NCBI GenBank assembly: GCA_046540335.1
Contig: JBKHFH010000004.1
Span: 1-50,310, forward strand
Direction: 5' to 3'
Source of the DNA: Thermoplasmata archaeon
Lineage (GTDB): Archaea > Thermoplasmatota > Thermoplasmata > Halarchaeoplasmatales > Halarchaeoplasmataceae
DNA length: 50,310 nucleotides
How positions within the stretch are numbered: position 1 is the first letter of the stretch; the number at the start of each line of letters is the position of its first letter. Under the pieces are notes generated by a model. The model had not been told where the DNA came from. It saw only the letters and a list, made by a program, of their open reading frames with translations, and ran no database searches. The position numbers were made by a program, and so were the translations under genes. This document shows, one piece after another, positions 41,435 through 50,310 of this stretch.

Positions 41435-42661
41435 TCAATTTATTCTGAATCGTAATATCCCGGCTATCCCACCGAACGCGTTAAGAAGGAGTTCACCTTG
41501 TTCAGATTGATCCGATATCATCTCTACATCAGTACCTACTTTTTCGGCCTCTTCAAAGAAAAAATCGATTATATCCTCTCTCTCAGGATCATCGATATTC
41601 GACCCGCAATCAGGGCAGAAAAATTCTTCATCGCCTGACTTAGTATCTTCGGTTTCCAAACCATGAGCACCACAGTTATCACACTCGTATTTGACAACCT
41701 CCGTATCCAGGCCATCGGATAGAAGCAGTGTGTCTACCGCCCCCATCCTGAGAGCTCTCAAAGTTTCCTCTTTACCGTAAGTAGCGAGACCACCATCTGG
41801 ATCTTTGATCTGCTCCATCAGTCTATCGACCAGCTTTTTCTCTTTCATCACTTCAAGGTCTGAAAGCGTTTCCTGAGCATTCTTCATAAGTTCTTTAAGT
41901 CCGTATTCATCTGTATAGCCAGTGTTGAACGTATCTACTATCTTTTTCTGAAGTTCGTGATGAAGGTGACCCTCATCTACGAAATCGTCTTTGGTCTTCC
42001 CGGGTCCACCTATTATGAGACCATCAATATCTTCCTCAAGAAGAAGCCCGGTGGCCTTCTCGCCGACCTTTCTGAAAAAGTTTAGTGCCGCTTTTTCGAT
42101 GCTTCTTTCAAAACGCTGAGCTGACTGTCCTCCTTTAGAGTGTTTACTGGGAACCATGGATTGTATGTGTTTTAAGGTCTCCACTCTGTTCCCTCTTAAT
42201 ATACCGATAGTCGCTTCACTTCTATCTATCACTATCAGACCGTAGTTCTCTCGTTCACCGGACATCTCCTTTAGAGGTTCAACATGAAATTCAGAATCGC
42301 AACGGTAAGTGAATGTCTGCAGTTTTTCGGGCGGTTCGACAGTTTTAGAGATCATCTCGGTCTTATCCCCCTCTTTAGAGACCTCTCCCACAAAGAAGAT
42401 CACACCATTTTCCGGCACCTCATCTATGTACTTCAACTTGTTTCTGATAGACTTCAGAGCGGACTGAACATTCTTTCTAGTGCGTTTAGACTTGATATTC
42501 GAGCTTTCCGACATCTCCTGGTTGATATAGGAACTCACATCAGACAGGGATTTATCGGGTGGTATGTAAAGGGAGATCAGTTCTGTACCCCTACCCCTCA
42601 AGTCTTCGATCTCCTTTATAGCTTTGTTGAATTCGTACTCGTCTTTCTTGGACATCTCCAT
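41435..42661 (-). CDS. prf1: Peptide chain release factor aRF1
   Basis: GRGTELISLYIPP, NIKS, YRCDSEF, GGQS and FGGIAGILRF motifs; zinc-ribbon insert. Confidence 0.97.
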   Translation of the reverse strand: MEMSKKDEYEFNKAIKEIEDLRGRGTELISLYIPPDKSLSDVSSYINQEMSESSNIKSKRTRKNVQSALKSIRNKLKYIDEVPENGVIFFVGEVSKEGDKTEMISKTVEPPEKLQTFTYRCDSEFHVEPLKEMSGERENYGLIVIDRSEATIGILRGNRVETLKHIQSMVPSKHSKGGQSAQRFERSIEKAALNFFRKVGEKATGLLLEEDIDGLIIGGPGKTKDDFVDEGHLHHELQKKIVDTFNTGYTDEYGLKELMKNAQETLSDLEVMKEKKLVDRLMEQIKDPDGGLATYGKEETLRALRMGAVDTLLLSDGLDTEVVKYECDNCGAHGLETEDTKSGDEEFFCPDCGSNIDDPEREDIIDFFFEEAEKVGTDVEMISDQSEQGELLLNAFGGIAGILRFRIN

Positions 42662-42721
42662 GTTTATCAGATGTTAATTCATAGAATAGTGGTCATTAAA
42701 AATCTTTCGTGATTATAAGGA

Positions 42722-42898
42722 TCAATCTCTGAATGTGATAACTTCTATGATGATACCTATAATTAGGGCTATAGGCCCTATCATCCAATTCCAATTTATA
42801 CTGAACACCAAATTAATCGGTATGAGGACCATGGCGAGGATTCCACCCAGTATAAATATGATCCCTACTAAAAGGGCGATCTTTTCCTCTTCAAGTAT
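42722..42898 (-). CDS. Small two-TM membrane protein (putative ATA start)
   Basis: Open frame (I)LEEEKIALLVGIIFILGGILAMVLIPINLVFSINWNWMIGPIALIIGIIIEVITFRD*, preceded by an SD-like GGAAGTGA. Confidence 0.5.
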   Translation of the reverse strand: MLEEEKIALLVGIIFILGGILAMVLIPINLVFSINWNWMIGPIALIIGIIIEVITFRD

Positions 42899-42925
42899 GA
42901 TATCACTTCCAATTCCAATATTAAA

Positions 42926-42999
42926 TGGGCCTGTGGGGATTCGAACCCCAGACCGATCGGTTAAGAGCCGATTGCTCTGCCGGGCTGAGCTACAGGCCC
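42926..42999 (-). tRNA. tRNA-Lys (CTT)
   Basis: Reverse complement GGGCCTGTAGCTCAGCCCGGCAGAGCAATCGGCTCTTAACCGATCGGTCTGGGGTTCGAATCCCCACAGGCCCA; anticodon CTT. Confidence 0.96.
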
Positions 43000-43030
43000 G
43001 TTTACGTGGTTGTGGGATGAAATGTGTAGG

Positions 43031-43084
43031 TATAAAATCTTTACCCTTAAGATCGCTTTCCTATGTGGGAAAACGTTTTTATAT
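43031..43084. promoter_or_regulatory. Divergent archaeal TATA boxes for tRNA-Lys (minus strand, 43031-37) and the recombinase (plus strand, 43076-84 with purine-rich BRE)
   Basis: TTTTATA 32 nt upstream of the tRNA; GGGAAAAC-G-TTTTTATAT 48 nt upstream of ATG 43132. Confidence 0.6.
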
Positions 43085-43131
43085 CTTCATCGACCTATTT
43101 TGTCATACAAAACGTCAGACATGGTGGGTCA

Positions 43132-43683
43132 ATGGGAAAAAAACTGCCTAAATATCTAAAAGAAGACGAGGTCAGGAAGCTTTTGAACTCCCCAGAGAGG
43201 AAGAATGTTAGAGATAGACTCATACTGCGCATCCTTTACAGGTGTGGGCTTCGCGTCTCTGAAGTTACCTCACTGAAAATACAAGATATAAATTTCGACG
43301 AAGGGATGATCACGGTTAGAGGGGGCAAGGGGGACAAAGACAGGATCGTTCCTATAGATGACGATACCCTAGATCTCATCCAGCTCTACAAAGGTGACAA
43401 AGATAAAGGTGTGCTGATACTCTCCCAAAGAGGAAAAGCACTGTCCAATAGGCAGGTCGAGAGGATAGTCAAAAAATACGCCAAGAGGGCGGGCTTGAAA
43501 AAGAATGTTTACCCCCATATGCTGAGACACAGTTTTGCAGTTCACTCTTTGAAGTCAGGGATGAACTTGAGAAGCGTACAGAAGATGTTAGGACATGCTT
43601 CATTGACCACTACTCAGATATATCTGGATCTAACCGGCGAGGACCTGAAGGAAGATTACGAAGAACATCCACTTCCTGCCTAA
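43132..43683 (+). CDS. Tyrosine recombinase/integrase, catalytic domain only (183 aa)
   Basis: R (GLRVSE), K (GKGDKDR), HxxR (HMLRH), LGH and Y (TTQIY) are all intact; no N-terminal core-binding domain. Confidence 0.92.
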   Translation: MGKKLPKYLKEDEVRKLLNSPERKNVRDRLILRILYRCGLRVSEVTSLKIQDINFDEGMITVRGGKGDKDRIVPIDDDTLDLIQLYKGDKDKGVLILSQRGKALSNRQVERIVKKYAKRAGLKKNVYPHMLRHSFAVHSLKSGMNLRSVQKMLGHASLTTTQIYLDLTGEDLKEDYEEHPLPA

Positions 43684-43738
43684 AATTTATATCTAGATAC
43701 CATTTTACTGTTTTTGCTTATGATCATAAGGTGAGATT

Positions 43739-44956
43739 ATGGAAGAAGTTTTCAAAAAAATAGACGGTATGAAAGATGAGATGAAGGATTCGTTGATGGA
43801 GATGGTCCGGATACCCGCTATCGGTCCTGACAACGACGGTGAAGGTGAGAAAGAAAGAGCTAAATTCATTGTAGACCTCATAGCTGATTTCGGATTCGAT
43901 TCTATAGAGGGTTATGATGCTGAAGATGATAGGGTACCGGGAGGAAAAAGACCAAACATAGTAGCTACGAAGGAAGGAAAAAGCGATAAGAACCTAGTCA
44001 TAGTCACTCACATGGATATAGTTCCAGAAGGTGATCTCGATGATTGGGATACTGATCCTTTCGATCCTGTTTTCAAAAACGGTAAGATCTATGGTAGAGG
44101 AACGGAAGACAACGGTCAGGCCTTGATATCTAGCATCTATGCGGTCAAAGCTATGAGTGAAGCTGGCGTCAAACCGGAATACAACATGAAGATAATAATG
44201 GTATCTGACGAAGAGACCGGCAGTGAGTATGGAGTGAAACATATACTCGAGGAAGGGTTGATAGACGAAGAGGATCTGGTAATCGTTCCCGATCACAGTG
44301 AAGACGAGGGGAAAAAGATCGAGATCGTGGAGAAAGCGGGTTTATGGGTCAAGATAGTGGTACATGGCGAGCAAGGACACGGGGCCTTCCCGAATCTTAA
44401 CGTGAACGCAAACAGGATAATGGCTAGGTATCAAAATCTAGTGGATGAGGAACTTCACCACGAATTTGAGGAGGAAGACCTGCTATTCTCACCGCCGGAG
44501 AGTACGTTCGAACCTACAAAACGGCTCAGCAATGTGCCCAATGTTAATACCATCCCGGGTAGCGAAACACAATATTTCGACTGTCGGGTTCTTCCTACTA
44601 TCGATCTTGACAAGGTAAAGGATACCTTTAGGAATGCTGCCGAGGAGATAGAATCGGAAACTGAAGGTAACATAGAGTTGGAATTTGTGAAGGAAAGCGA
44701 GGCACCAGAGAGAACACCAGAAGACTCAGAAGTGGTGCAAAATCTAAAAAAAGCCATAAAAGAAGTAACGGGTGTAGAAGCCGGAGTTGCAGGTATCGGT
44801 GGAGGAACGGTGGCTAAGAGCTTCCGTAAAAAGGGAATTCCTACCGCAGTCTGGTGTTCTAACAAAGGCCTAGCCCACGAACCAAACGAGTTCGCTGTCC
44901 TCGATTATATGGTTAAAGACTGCAAAGTGTTCGCACGATTCGCTCTGGAAGGATGA
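43739..44956 (+). CDS. M20/DapE/ArgE-family metallohydrolase
   Basis: THMDIVP, YGRGTEDNG, SDEETGS, GHGAFP and AHEPNE motifs. Confidence 0.92.
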   Translation: MEEVFKKIDGMKDEMKDSLMEMVRIPAIGPDNDGEGEKERAKFIVDLIADFGFDSIEGYDAEDDRVPGGKRPNIVATKEGKSDKNLVIVTHMDIVPEGDLDDWDTDPFDPVFKNGKIYGRGTEDNGQALISSIYAVKAMSEAGVKPEYNMKIIMVSDEETGSEYGVKHILEEGLIDEEDLVIVPDHSEDEGKKIEIVEKAGLWVKIVVHGEQGHGAFPNLNVNANRIMARYQNLVDEELHHEFEEEDLLFSPPESTFEPTKRLSNVPNVNTIPGSETQYFDCRVLPTIDLDKVKDTFRNAAEEIESETEGNIELEFVKESEAPERTPEDSEVVQNLKKAIKEVTGVEAGVAGIGGGTVAKSFRKKGIPTAVWCSNKGLAHEPNEFAVLDYMVKDCKVFARFALEG

Positions 44957-46153
44957 TCAAAAGACAGTTATCTCGTCGTTCAAGATCCTTTCTTTCAGAT
45001 CAAATATATTTTCAAGATGATCTTCAGCGATAGCCTCGGCATTGTCCATCCTGATTTCAGGGTCTTCATCCTCATCTACTACCAATTGAACACTAGCCAC
45101 TTGGGGTTCTGTGATGGGTTTACCGATCTGTGAAACCAGCCTCACTAAGACCTCGTGTACTCCATCCTTCTCTTCCTCATATACATGCTGTGAAATCTCT
45201 TTTGCCGCTATGTTATAGAGCTTACCGATATGAGTGACAGGGTTTTTACCCGCTGAGGCTTCGAGACTCATCGGTCTGAAAGGTGTTATCAATCCATTGA
45301 CTCGGTTTCCTCTCCCTACAGAGCCATCATCGCCGTTCTCCATAGAAAGACCAGTAACAGTTAAGTAATAAATATCGTTCTCATAATCGTCTGCGGTATT
45401 GATCATAAGATCGATGTCCCTCTCAGTATATTTATGAGCGTGGTCTAAAACCCTATCTTCTAATTCCTCGATCACGCTTTTGTAGTGACCAGGATCAGGT
45501 GTTAGAGAATCGATAAGAGCCGCTGCTATGGTGATATCAATCCGATCCTTCTTTCTGACTGACATGACTTTTATATCCTGACCTACTTCGGGTAGGTCTT
45601 CTTTTAAGGGGCCATTGATCAACTTTTCGATCTCTAACGATATCTTTTCCGTTTCACTCAACGGAGCGTATGAGACACCAAAAGAGGTATCGTTGGCGTT
45701 GTGTCTGCTTGTATCATATACATCCTGAAGATCTACCGATCCTTTACCTATCCTGCAGTCGAGCATAACACCCTGGTCCACATCCAAGTGAGGGCAATTC
45801 TCTTCGAGATATTCTTCAGCTATATTCAAAGCAGTGGACTTATAAGGCAATCTCTCCCCATTCACGTCGGTAGTCGCTCTACCCGCGAGGAGTATATACA
45901 CAGGCTCAAGGATCTCTCCTCCTCCAAACGCAGGCTTGGCCTGACCTCCTACGATCTGGACTTCATCAGTATTATGATGGAGTATCCTATCGTGTTTTTC
46001 TAGATACATCCTGGATAGTTCCTTGCTGATCTCCTCCGCTATGCCGTCGGCTATACTGTCCGGATGACCTTTCCCCTTCCTTTCTACGATCTCGATATTT
46101 TGATTTTCTATAGGGGTTTCGTGAATTACTTCTGCTTCTATGTTATTGGTCAT
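44957..46153 (-). CDS. mat: S-adenosylmethionine synthetase, archaeal type
   Basis: [42 protein letters not shown] and [10 protein letters not shown] motifs. Confidence 0.96.
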   Translation of the reverse strand: MTNNIEAEVIHETPIENQNIEIVERKGKGHPDSIADGIAEEISKELSRMYLEKHDRILHHNTDEVQIVGGQAKPAFGGGEILEPVYILLAGRATTDVNGERLPYKSTALNIAEEYLEENCPHLDVDQGVMLDCRIGKGSVDLQDVYDTSRHNANDTSFGVSYAPLSETEKISLEIEKLINGPLKEDLPEVGQDIKVMSVRKKDRIDITIAAALIDSLTPDPGHYKSVIEELEDRVLDHAHKYTERDIDLMINTADDYENDIYYLTVTGLSMENGDDGSVGRGNRVNGLITPFRPMSLEASAGKNPVTHIGKLYNIAAKEISQHVYEEEKDGVHEVLVRLVSQIGKPITEPQVASVQLVVDEDEDPEIRMDNAEAIAEDHLENIFDLKERILNDEITVF

Positions 46154-46260
46154 AACTATACCTCCTTTTATATTTTTAATCTTATTTAATATTATTTAAG
46201 TTGAAAAGTCATAAAATCATATTAATAATTTTTTCTGATTTCGAGGAGCGGAAGTGATTA

Positions 46261-48009
46261 TCATAATCCCCAAAAGTCCTCTTCTTTTTGCTTTATCTCT
46301 CTTACCTCTTTAAGTATACGTTCCTCATCAAATGTTAGTTCTAAGTCCCTCAGATTTCTCGCATCGCCTTCTGGTATCTCTATATACAGTTCTTCTCCCT
46401 CCTCTATCTGCCTTCCAACGGTCACTCCCGATATCGCGATGGCTACTTCGTCGCCCTGCTCAGCATAATCTAGAGACTGTTCTCCGCTTCTGATACTCTT
46501 TATTTCCCCTAGTACTCTTCCTTCCTTGTTCAACAATTTTCTATCGGGTCTTATATTACCTGCTAGAATTCTAATGCCGACGATCGCAGGTTTGGACATC
46601 CTGAAGACATGGTCCTTCAATATACGGAACTTCGCTGGATGGACTATTTTCTTCCTTCTTTCCTTCTCTATCTCTTCTTTCTTTTTCTTTTTCCATTCCT
46701 GATAATCCTCAACCAGCCTGTAAACTACGTCGTGCTCAAATACCTCAACGTCCGCCTTCTTCAGCTCCTCTCTAGCATCAGGCAGAACATCGACATTGAA
46801 AGCGAGTATGGATCTGTAAAGGGGCTCGTCTATAGCCTTGGCGTCGCTTACATCCTTTTTGGATACGTCTCCGACTCCCGCCCTCAATATAGGTATGTCT
46901 TCATCGTCAAGTTCGAAGGCCAAACCTTCTAGTGAACCTATGGCGTCTGCCTTGATTATCACACCTTCGTCGTCCGTTTTTATATTGGCTTTGCTCTCTT
47001 TTCTTATCTGATCCATCACATCTTGTAAATCTCTGTCGCCCACTACCTTTAAAGGAGCTCCAGCTAGAACACCTTCGCACTCTGGAGTGACAAGTTTTAT
47101 TCCAGCAGCGGCTCCAACCTCTTCTATCTCCTCGAATTTCTCACTGGGATCTCTGATCTCATCCATAGGTTTTGGTCTCATCAGAGATTTGACCCTTGTA
47201 TGGATAGGTTCATTCCGGGTGCCTATCACCACTTCATCGCTTTTCCTTATCACGCCGTTGTGGATTATGGTATCCAGAGTTGTACCGAGACCCGTCTCCT
47301 CTTTTACTTCAAGTATAGTCCCTTCGCCGGGACCCTCTTCTACCTGTATTTGATCTTCAAGATAGGTCTGGGCAAGACCTATCAAAGTCATCAAAAGGTC
47401 TTCTATACCCTCTCCGGTTTTAGCACTCATCGGAACGATGCCTATATTTTTAGAGAAATCGTCGACCCTATCGTATCGGTCGGCAGAAAAACCTTTATCG
47501 TAGAGGTCACCGATAATCTCATAAAGGGCGTCGGTCATCCTGCTTTTAGCTTCTTTAGACTGTTTTTGAAAGCTATTCACAAAGGGCTCATCCTCTGATC
47601 TCCAGCCGGGTATCTTATCCAGCTTGTTCGCTCCCACGACAAAAGGAGTCTGCTCTCTTCTCAATATATCTAATGATTCCAGCGATTGTGGCATGAAACC
47701 ATCGTTAATATCCACGATCAAGACCGCTAGATCGGCCAAAGCACCGCCTCTAGACCTCAGATTTATAAAAGAATGATGACCTGGCGTATCGATAAAAAGG
47801 AGTCCGGGTAATTTAAAATCTATATTGCAGCCCAACACCGAACATGCTTTTTTCAAGGTGTCGATGGGAACTTCAGTAGCACCTATATGCTGAGTTATCG
47901 CCCCTGCTTCTCTTTCCTGGACAGCCGTTCCTCTGATCCTGTCTAAAAAGGTCGTCTTTCCATGGTCGACATGACCTAGTACGCTGACTATGGGCTGGCT
48001 GGTTCTCAT
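46261..48009 (-). CDS. infB: Translation initiation factor aIF5B (IF-2)
   Basis: GHVDHGKTT, ITQHIGA, DTPGH and NKLD motifs. Confidence 0.97.
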   Translation of the reverse strand: MRTSQPIVSVLGHVDHGKTTFLDRIRGTAVQEREAGAITQHIGATEVPIDTLKKACSVLGCNIDFKLPGLLFIDTPGHHSFINLRSRGGALADLAVLIVDINDGFMPQSLESLDILRREQTPFVVGANKLDKIPGWRSEDEPFVNSFQKQSKEAKSRMTDALYEIIGDLYDKGFSADRYDRVDDFSKNIGIVPMSAKTGEGIEDLLMTLIGLAQTYLEDQIQVEEGPGEGTILEVKEETGLGTTLDTIIHNGVIRKSDEVVIGTRNEPIHTRVKSLMRPKPMDEIRDPSEKFEEIEEVGAAAGIKLVTPECEGVLAGAPLKVVGDRDLQDVMDQIRKESKANIKTDDEGVIIKADAIGSLEGLAFELDDEDIPILRAGVGDVSKKDVSDAKAIDEPLYRSILAFNVDVLPDAREELKKADVEVFEHDVVYRLVEDYQEWKKKKKEEIEKERRKKIVHPAKFRILKDHVFRMSKPAIVGIRILAGNIRPDRKLLNKEGRVLGEIKSIRSGEQSLDYAEQGDEVAIAISGVTVGRQIEEGEELYIEIPEGDARNLRDLELTFDEERILKEVREIKQKEEDFWGL

Positions 48010-48067
48010 ATAACCTGCTTTAAGAGCGAGGTTATATATTTCTTTTTTTACTGATGGACCTATATCT

Positions 48068-48826
48068 TTAACTCTTAGGTCTCTTTCCGTCGAACCAATG
48101 ATGGTCAGCTCTTATCTCAAATCCCAAATCAGAACTGAGTGAAAGAGAGGGTTCATTATCCTTGAATATCTGGACTGCGGGAACTACCCCCATCTCTTCG
48201 GCGTCTAGACAAAGTTTTTCTGTCAGAGCCCTCGCGAGTCCATCCCTCCTCCATTCTTCTTTGATGTGGAGCATCCCAAGGACCATAGCATCATCTGTCA
48301 AAAAGTGGGTCAAACACCAGCCTACAAGTCCGTCTTCTCTCCTTACCCCGTAAGCCGGCGCTTTCTCGATCCTCTGTTTGATATAATCAGTAGAATCGCT
48401 GTCAGACAAACCCCAGTATTCGTTGATAACACCGGCGTCATCTTTAACTAAAGGTGAAACCTCGATCTCTGGTTTTCGAGGCTTTTCGTACTCGCGCCTC
48501 AATAACCAAGTTGGTCTGTCATCTTCGACTTCTAAAACTTTCTTTGCAGCTCTGAAGGAATTCGGATCGACAGCGTGGAACCTGAAATCCTCACCCGGTT
48601 CGATATGCTGATCGAGGAGTTCCTTGACTCCATCATATCGACCCCTCATCGTGATAGTATCTTCTCGGTGGATCAACACACCCGATATATCTTCTTCATC
48701 TTCCCTTAGAAATACTTCAGAAGCATCTTCATTCAATCTAGCGATCTGATAGGAGTTCACGACAGGTTCTCTTGAAAGGTATTCTCTTGCAGCTTGTATT
48801 TTAGTTGCTTCTTTCATGATATTCAA
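48068..48826 (-). CDS. GNAT-family acetyltransferase
   Basis: LHIKEEWRRDGLA acetyl-CoA motif and NEPSLSLSSDLGF. Confidence 0.8.
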   Translation of the reverse strand: MNIMKEATKIQAAREYLSREPVVNSYQIARLNEDASEVFLREDEEDISGVLIHREDTITMRGRYDGVKELLDQHIEPGEDFRFHAVDPNSFRAAKKVLEVEDDRPTWLLRREYEKPRKPEIEVSPLVKDDAGVINEYWGLSDSDSTDYIKQRIEKAPAYGVRREDGLVGWCLTHFLTDDAMVLGMLHIKEEWRRDGLARALTEKLCLDAEEMGVVPAVQIFKDNEPSLSLSSDLGFEIRADHHWFDGKRPKS

Positions 48827-48894
48827 AGATTAAAAAGTGTTATTTGATTCTTATCGGGAGAAAGTAAAAATAATATCTTTAGTATACTCGAAAT

Positions 48895-49323
48895 ATGGAA
48901 GTAGCGGCCATCGATCTGTCATTCGTGCTTCACGTTCTATTAGCTATAGGGCTGGGTGGATTGATAGGACTAGAGAGAGAACAAGAGCAAAAGAAGCCGA
49001 GAGTTATAGCTGGTGTTAGAACCTTCCCTCTGACTTCGATGTCGGGAGTTTTATTTTCTTTCCTTTCTAGTGCTATAGGAGTTAGATTCATCGAGGTAGG
49101 TGTTATCATCTTCGGGATATTCTCCATCATTTTAGCTTACCTTAAATACGAAATAAAGACCATAGGTATAACGACTTCAGTGGCGCTTTTTATCACATTT
49201 ATCATCGGCGTTTACATTCAACAAGGTTTTATACTCGAGGCTATATTCGTGACTATAATAACTACCGTTCTCCTGATAACAAAAGAGAGACTTCACAGGA
49301 TTGCTCATGAACTCGGTAGATAA
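48895..49323 (+). CDS. MgtC/SapB-family membrane protein (short, possibly truncated)
   Basis: LGGLIGLERE, AGVRTFPL and GITTSVA motifs. Confidence 0.8.
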   Translation: MEVAAIDLSFVLHVLLAIGLGGLIGLEREQEQKKPRVIAGVRTFPLTSMSGVLFSFLSSAIGVRFIEVGVIIFGIFSIILAYLKYEIKTIGITTSVALFITFIIGVYIQQGFILEAIFVTIITTVLLITKERLHRIAHELGR

Positions 49324-49378
49324 TCGTCATCTACTTCTCGTTAAATCTAAATAGCTAACATGTTAAGGACTCATCATC

Positions 49379-50310
49379 ATGACCTCACTTGATAAAGTAG
49401 AAAGCGCTATACAAAAGGACCTCTGTGATCACTGTCTCGGTAGGTTATTCGCTCAGTTAGGAACTGGTATGACGAATAGAGAGCGGGGTGAAGCTCTCCG
49501 CAAGCTTTATGCGATGTTCATATCTGAAGAAGAGAGAACGGAGGTCCCGGAAGAAGCTGAAAGCTGTGGATTGTGTTTCGATCTTTTTGAAGAAACGGAT
49601 AAGTTCGCGGAATTAGCCTCTGAAAGGTTAGAAGAGTATGAATTTGAAGATTTTCTGATAGGTTCAAGGATAGACCCAGAGATAGAAGAAAACGAGGAAA
49701 GCCTGTGGACCGAACTCAATCTTTCGAGCGGAGAACCTATCAAGTCAGAGGTCAATAGGGAAGTAGGTAAGAGAGTTCAAAGAATATTAGAAAAAGAAGT
49801 AGAAATTGAAAGACCCGATATCAAGGCTATAATAGATACCAGATTCGACTCTGTAGAGATCGAGGTCTCACCTCTATTCATTTATGGAAGATATCAGAAA
49901 TTGAGTAGAGATATCCCTCAAACTAGATGGATATGCAAAAGGTGCCGGGGTAAAGGTTGTGAAAAATGCGGCGGTACGGGTAAGATGTATGAAACGAGTG
50001 TGGAAGAGATTATAGGAGAACCACTCATCGAGATGACTTCAGGAGAAGACTTCACTTTACACGGCATGGGTAGAGAAGATATCGACGCTAAAATGTTAGG
50101 AAACGGAAGACCGTTCGTCATCGAGGTAAAAGAGCCTGTTGAGAGGAATATATACCTGAACGAACTGGAACGAGAGATAAACGAGAGTGATAAAGTCAAA
50201 GTGAATTCCTTAAATTTTACTCAGAAAGAAAAAGTTGTAGAATTGAAACAGGCCAGATCCGTTAAGACCTATCGAATAGAGATCTCTACCGGAAAACAGG
50301 TCGATAGGGG
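49379..50310 (+). CDS. pus10: tRNA pseudouridine(54/55) synthase Pus10; runs off the right edge
   Basis: Manual translation MTSLDKVESAIQKDLCDHCLGRLF..., with later GRYQKLSRDIPQTRW, HGMGREDIDAKMLGNGRPFVIEVKEP. Confidence 0.93.
   Translation, partial: MTSLDKVESAIQKDLCDHCLGRLFAQLGTGMTNRERGEALRKLYAMFISEEERTEVPEEAESCGLCFDLFEETDKFAELASERLEEYEFEDFLIGSRIDPEIEENEESLWTELNLSSGEPIKSEVNREVGKRVQRILEKEVEIERPDIKAIIDTRFDSVEIEVSPLFIYGRYQKLSRDIPQTRWICKRCRGKGCEKCGGTGKMYETSVEEIIGEPLIEMTSGEDFTLHGMGREDIDAKMLGNGRPFVIEVKEPVERNIYLNELEREINESDKVKVNSLNFTQKEKVVELKQARSVKTYRIEISTGKQVDR

Noticed and set aside
42959-42970. tRNA-Lys as an amber suppressor for the TAG at 23352
   Set aside because: The anticodon reads CTT, not CTA.
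283-50199. Numerous antisense or nested track ORFs (e.g. 2475-2900, 24128-24625, 27497-28258, 42284-42712, 49918-50199)
   Set aside because: They lie on the opposite strand or frame of well-supported genes and have no motifs or SD; they are expected by-products of codon bias.
1-50310. CRISPR repeat-spacer array
   Set aside because: I saw no regularly spaced identical 24-40 nt repeats. The 17654-18027 element has degenerate, irregular units, so it is not a CRISPR array. Any array probably lies left of the window.

Overview
This is an archaeal chromosomal window, most likely a halophilic, anaerobic Thermoplasmatota-type organism. That call is an inference from the strongly acidic proteins, class I LysRS, archaeal MAT, aRF1, aIF5B, thermosome, SmAP1-L37e and frequent GGAGGTG Shine-Dalgarno sites. 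Most of the window is housekeeping and peptide-fermentation genes: two AOR-family enzymes, GcvP, and M14 and M20 peptidases. It also holds three tRNAs (Ile-GAT, Ser-TGA with a 71-nt BHB intron, Lys-CTT), a type IV pilus operon with two ATPases and two TadC-like genes, and the start of a type I CRISPR-Cas operon (cas6, CxxC-CxxC cas8) that runs off the left edge. No CRISPR array lies in the window. The most unusual observations are: (1) about 375 bp of nearly continuous hairpins directly behind tRNA-Ser, with covarying tandem G.A/A.G motifs on both strands; (2) a single in-frame TAG three codons before the third Zn ligand of an otherwise intact 1373-codon secreted M14 carboxypeptidase; (3) a probable internal Cas11 start inside cas8, an ATA-initiated cas6 and a sharp GC break at the cas6/cas8 junction; (4) a catalytic-domain-only tyrosine recombinase divergent from tRNA-Lys. 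All family calls come from manual motif recognition; no database search was run.
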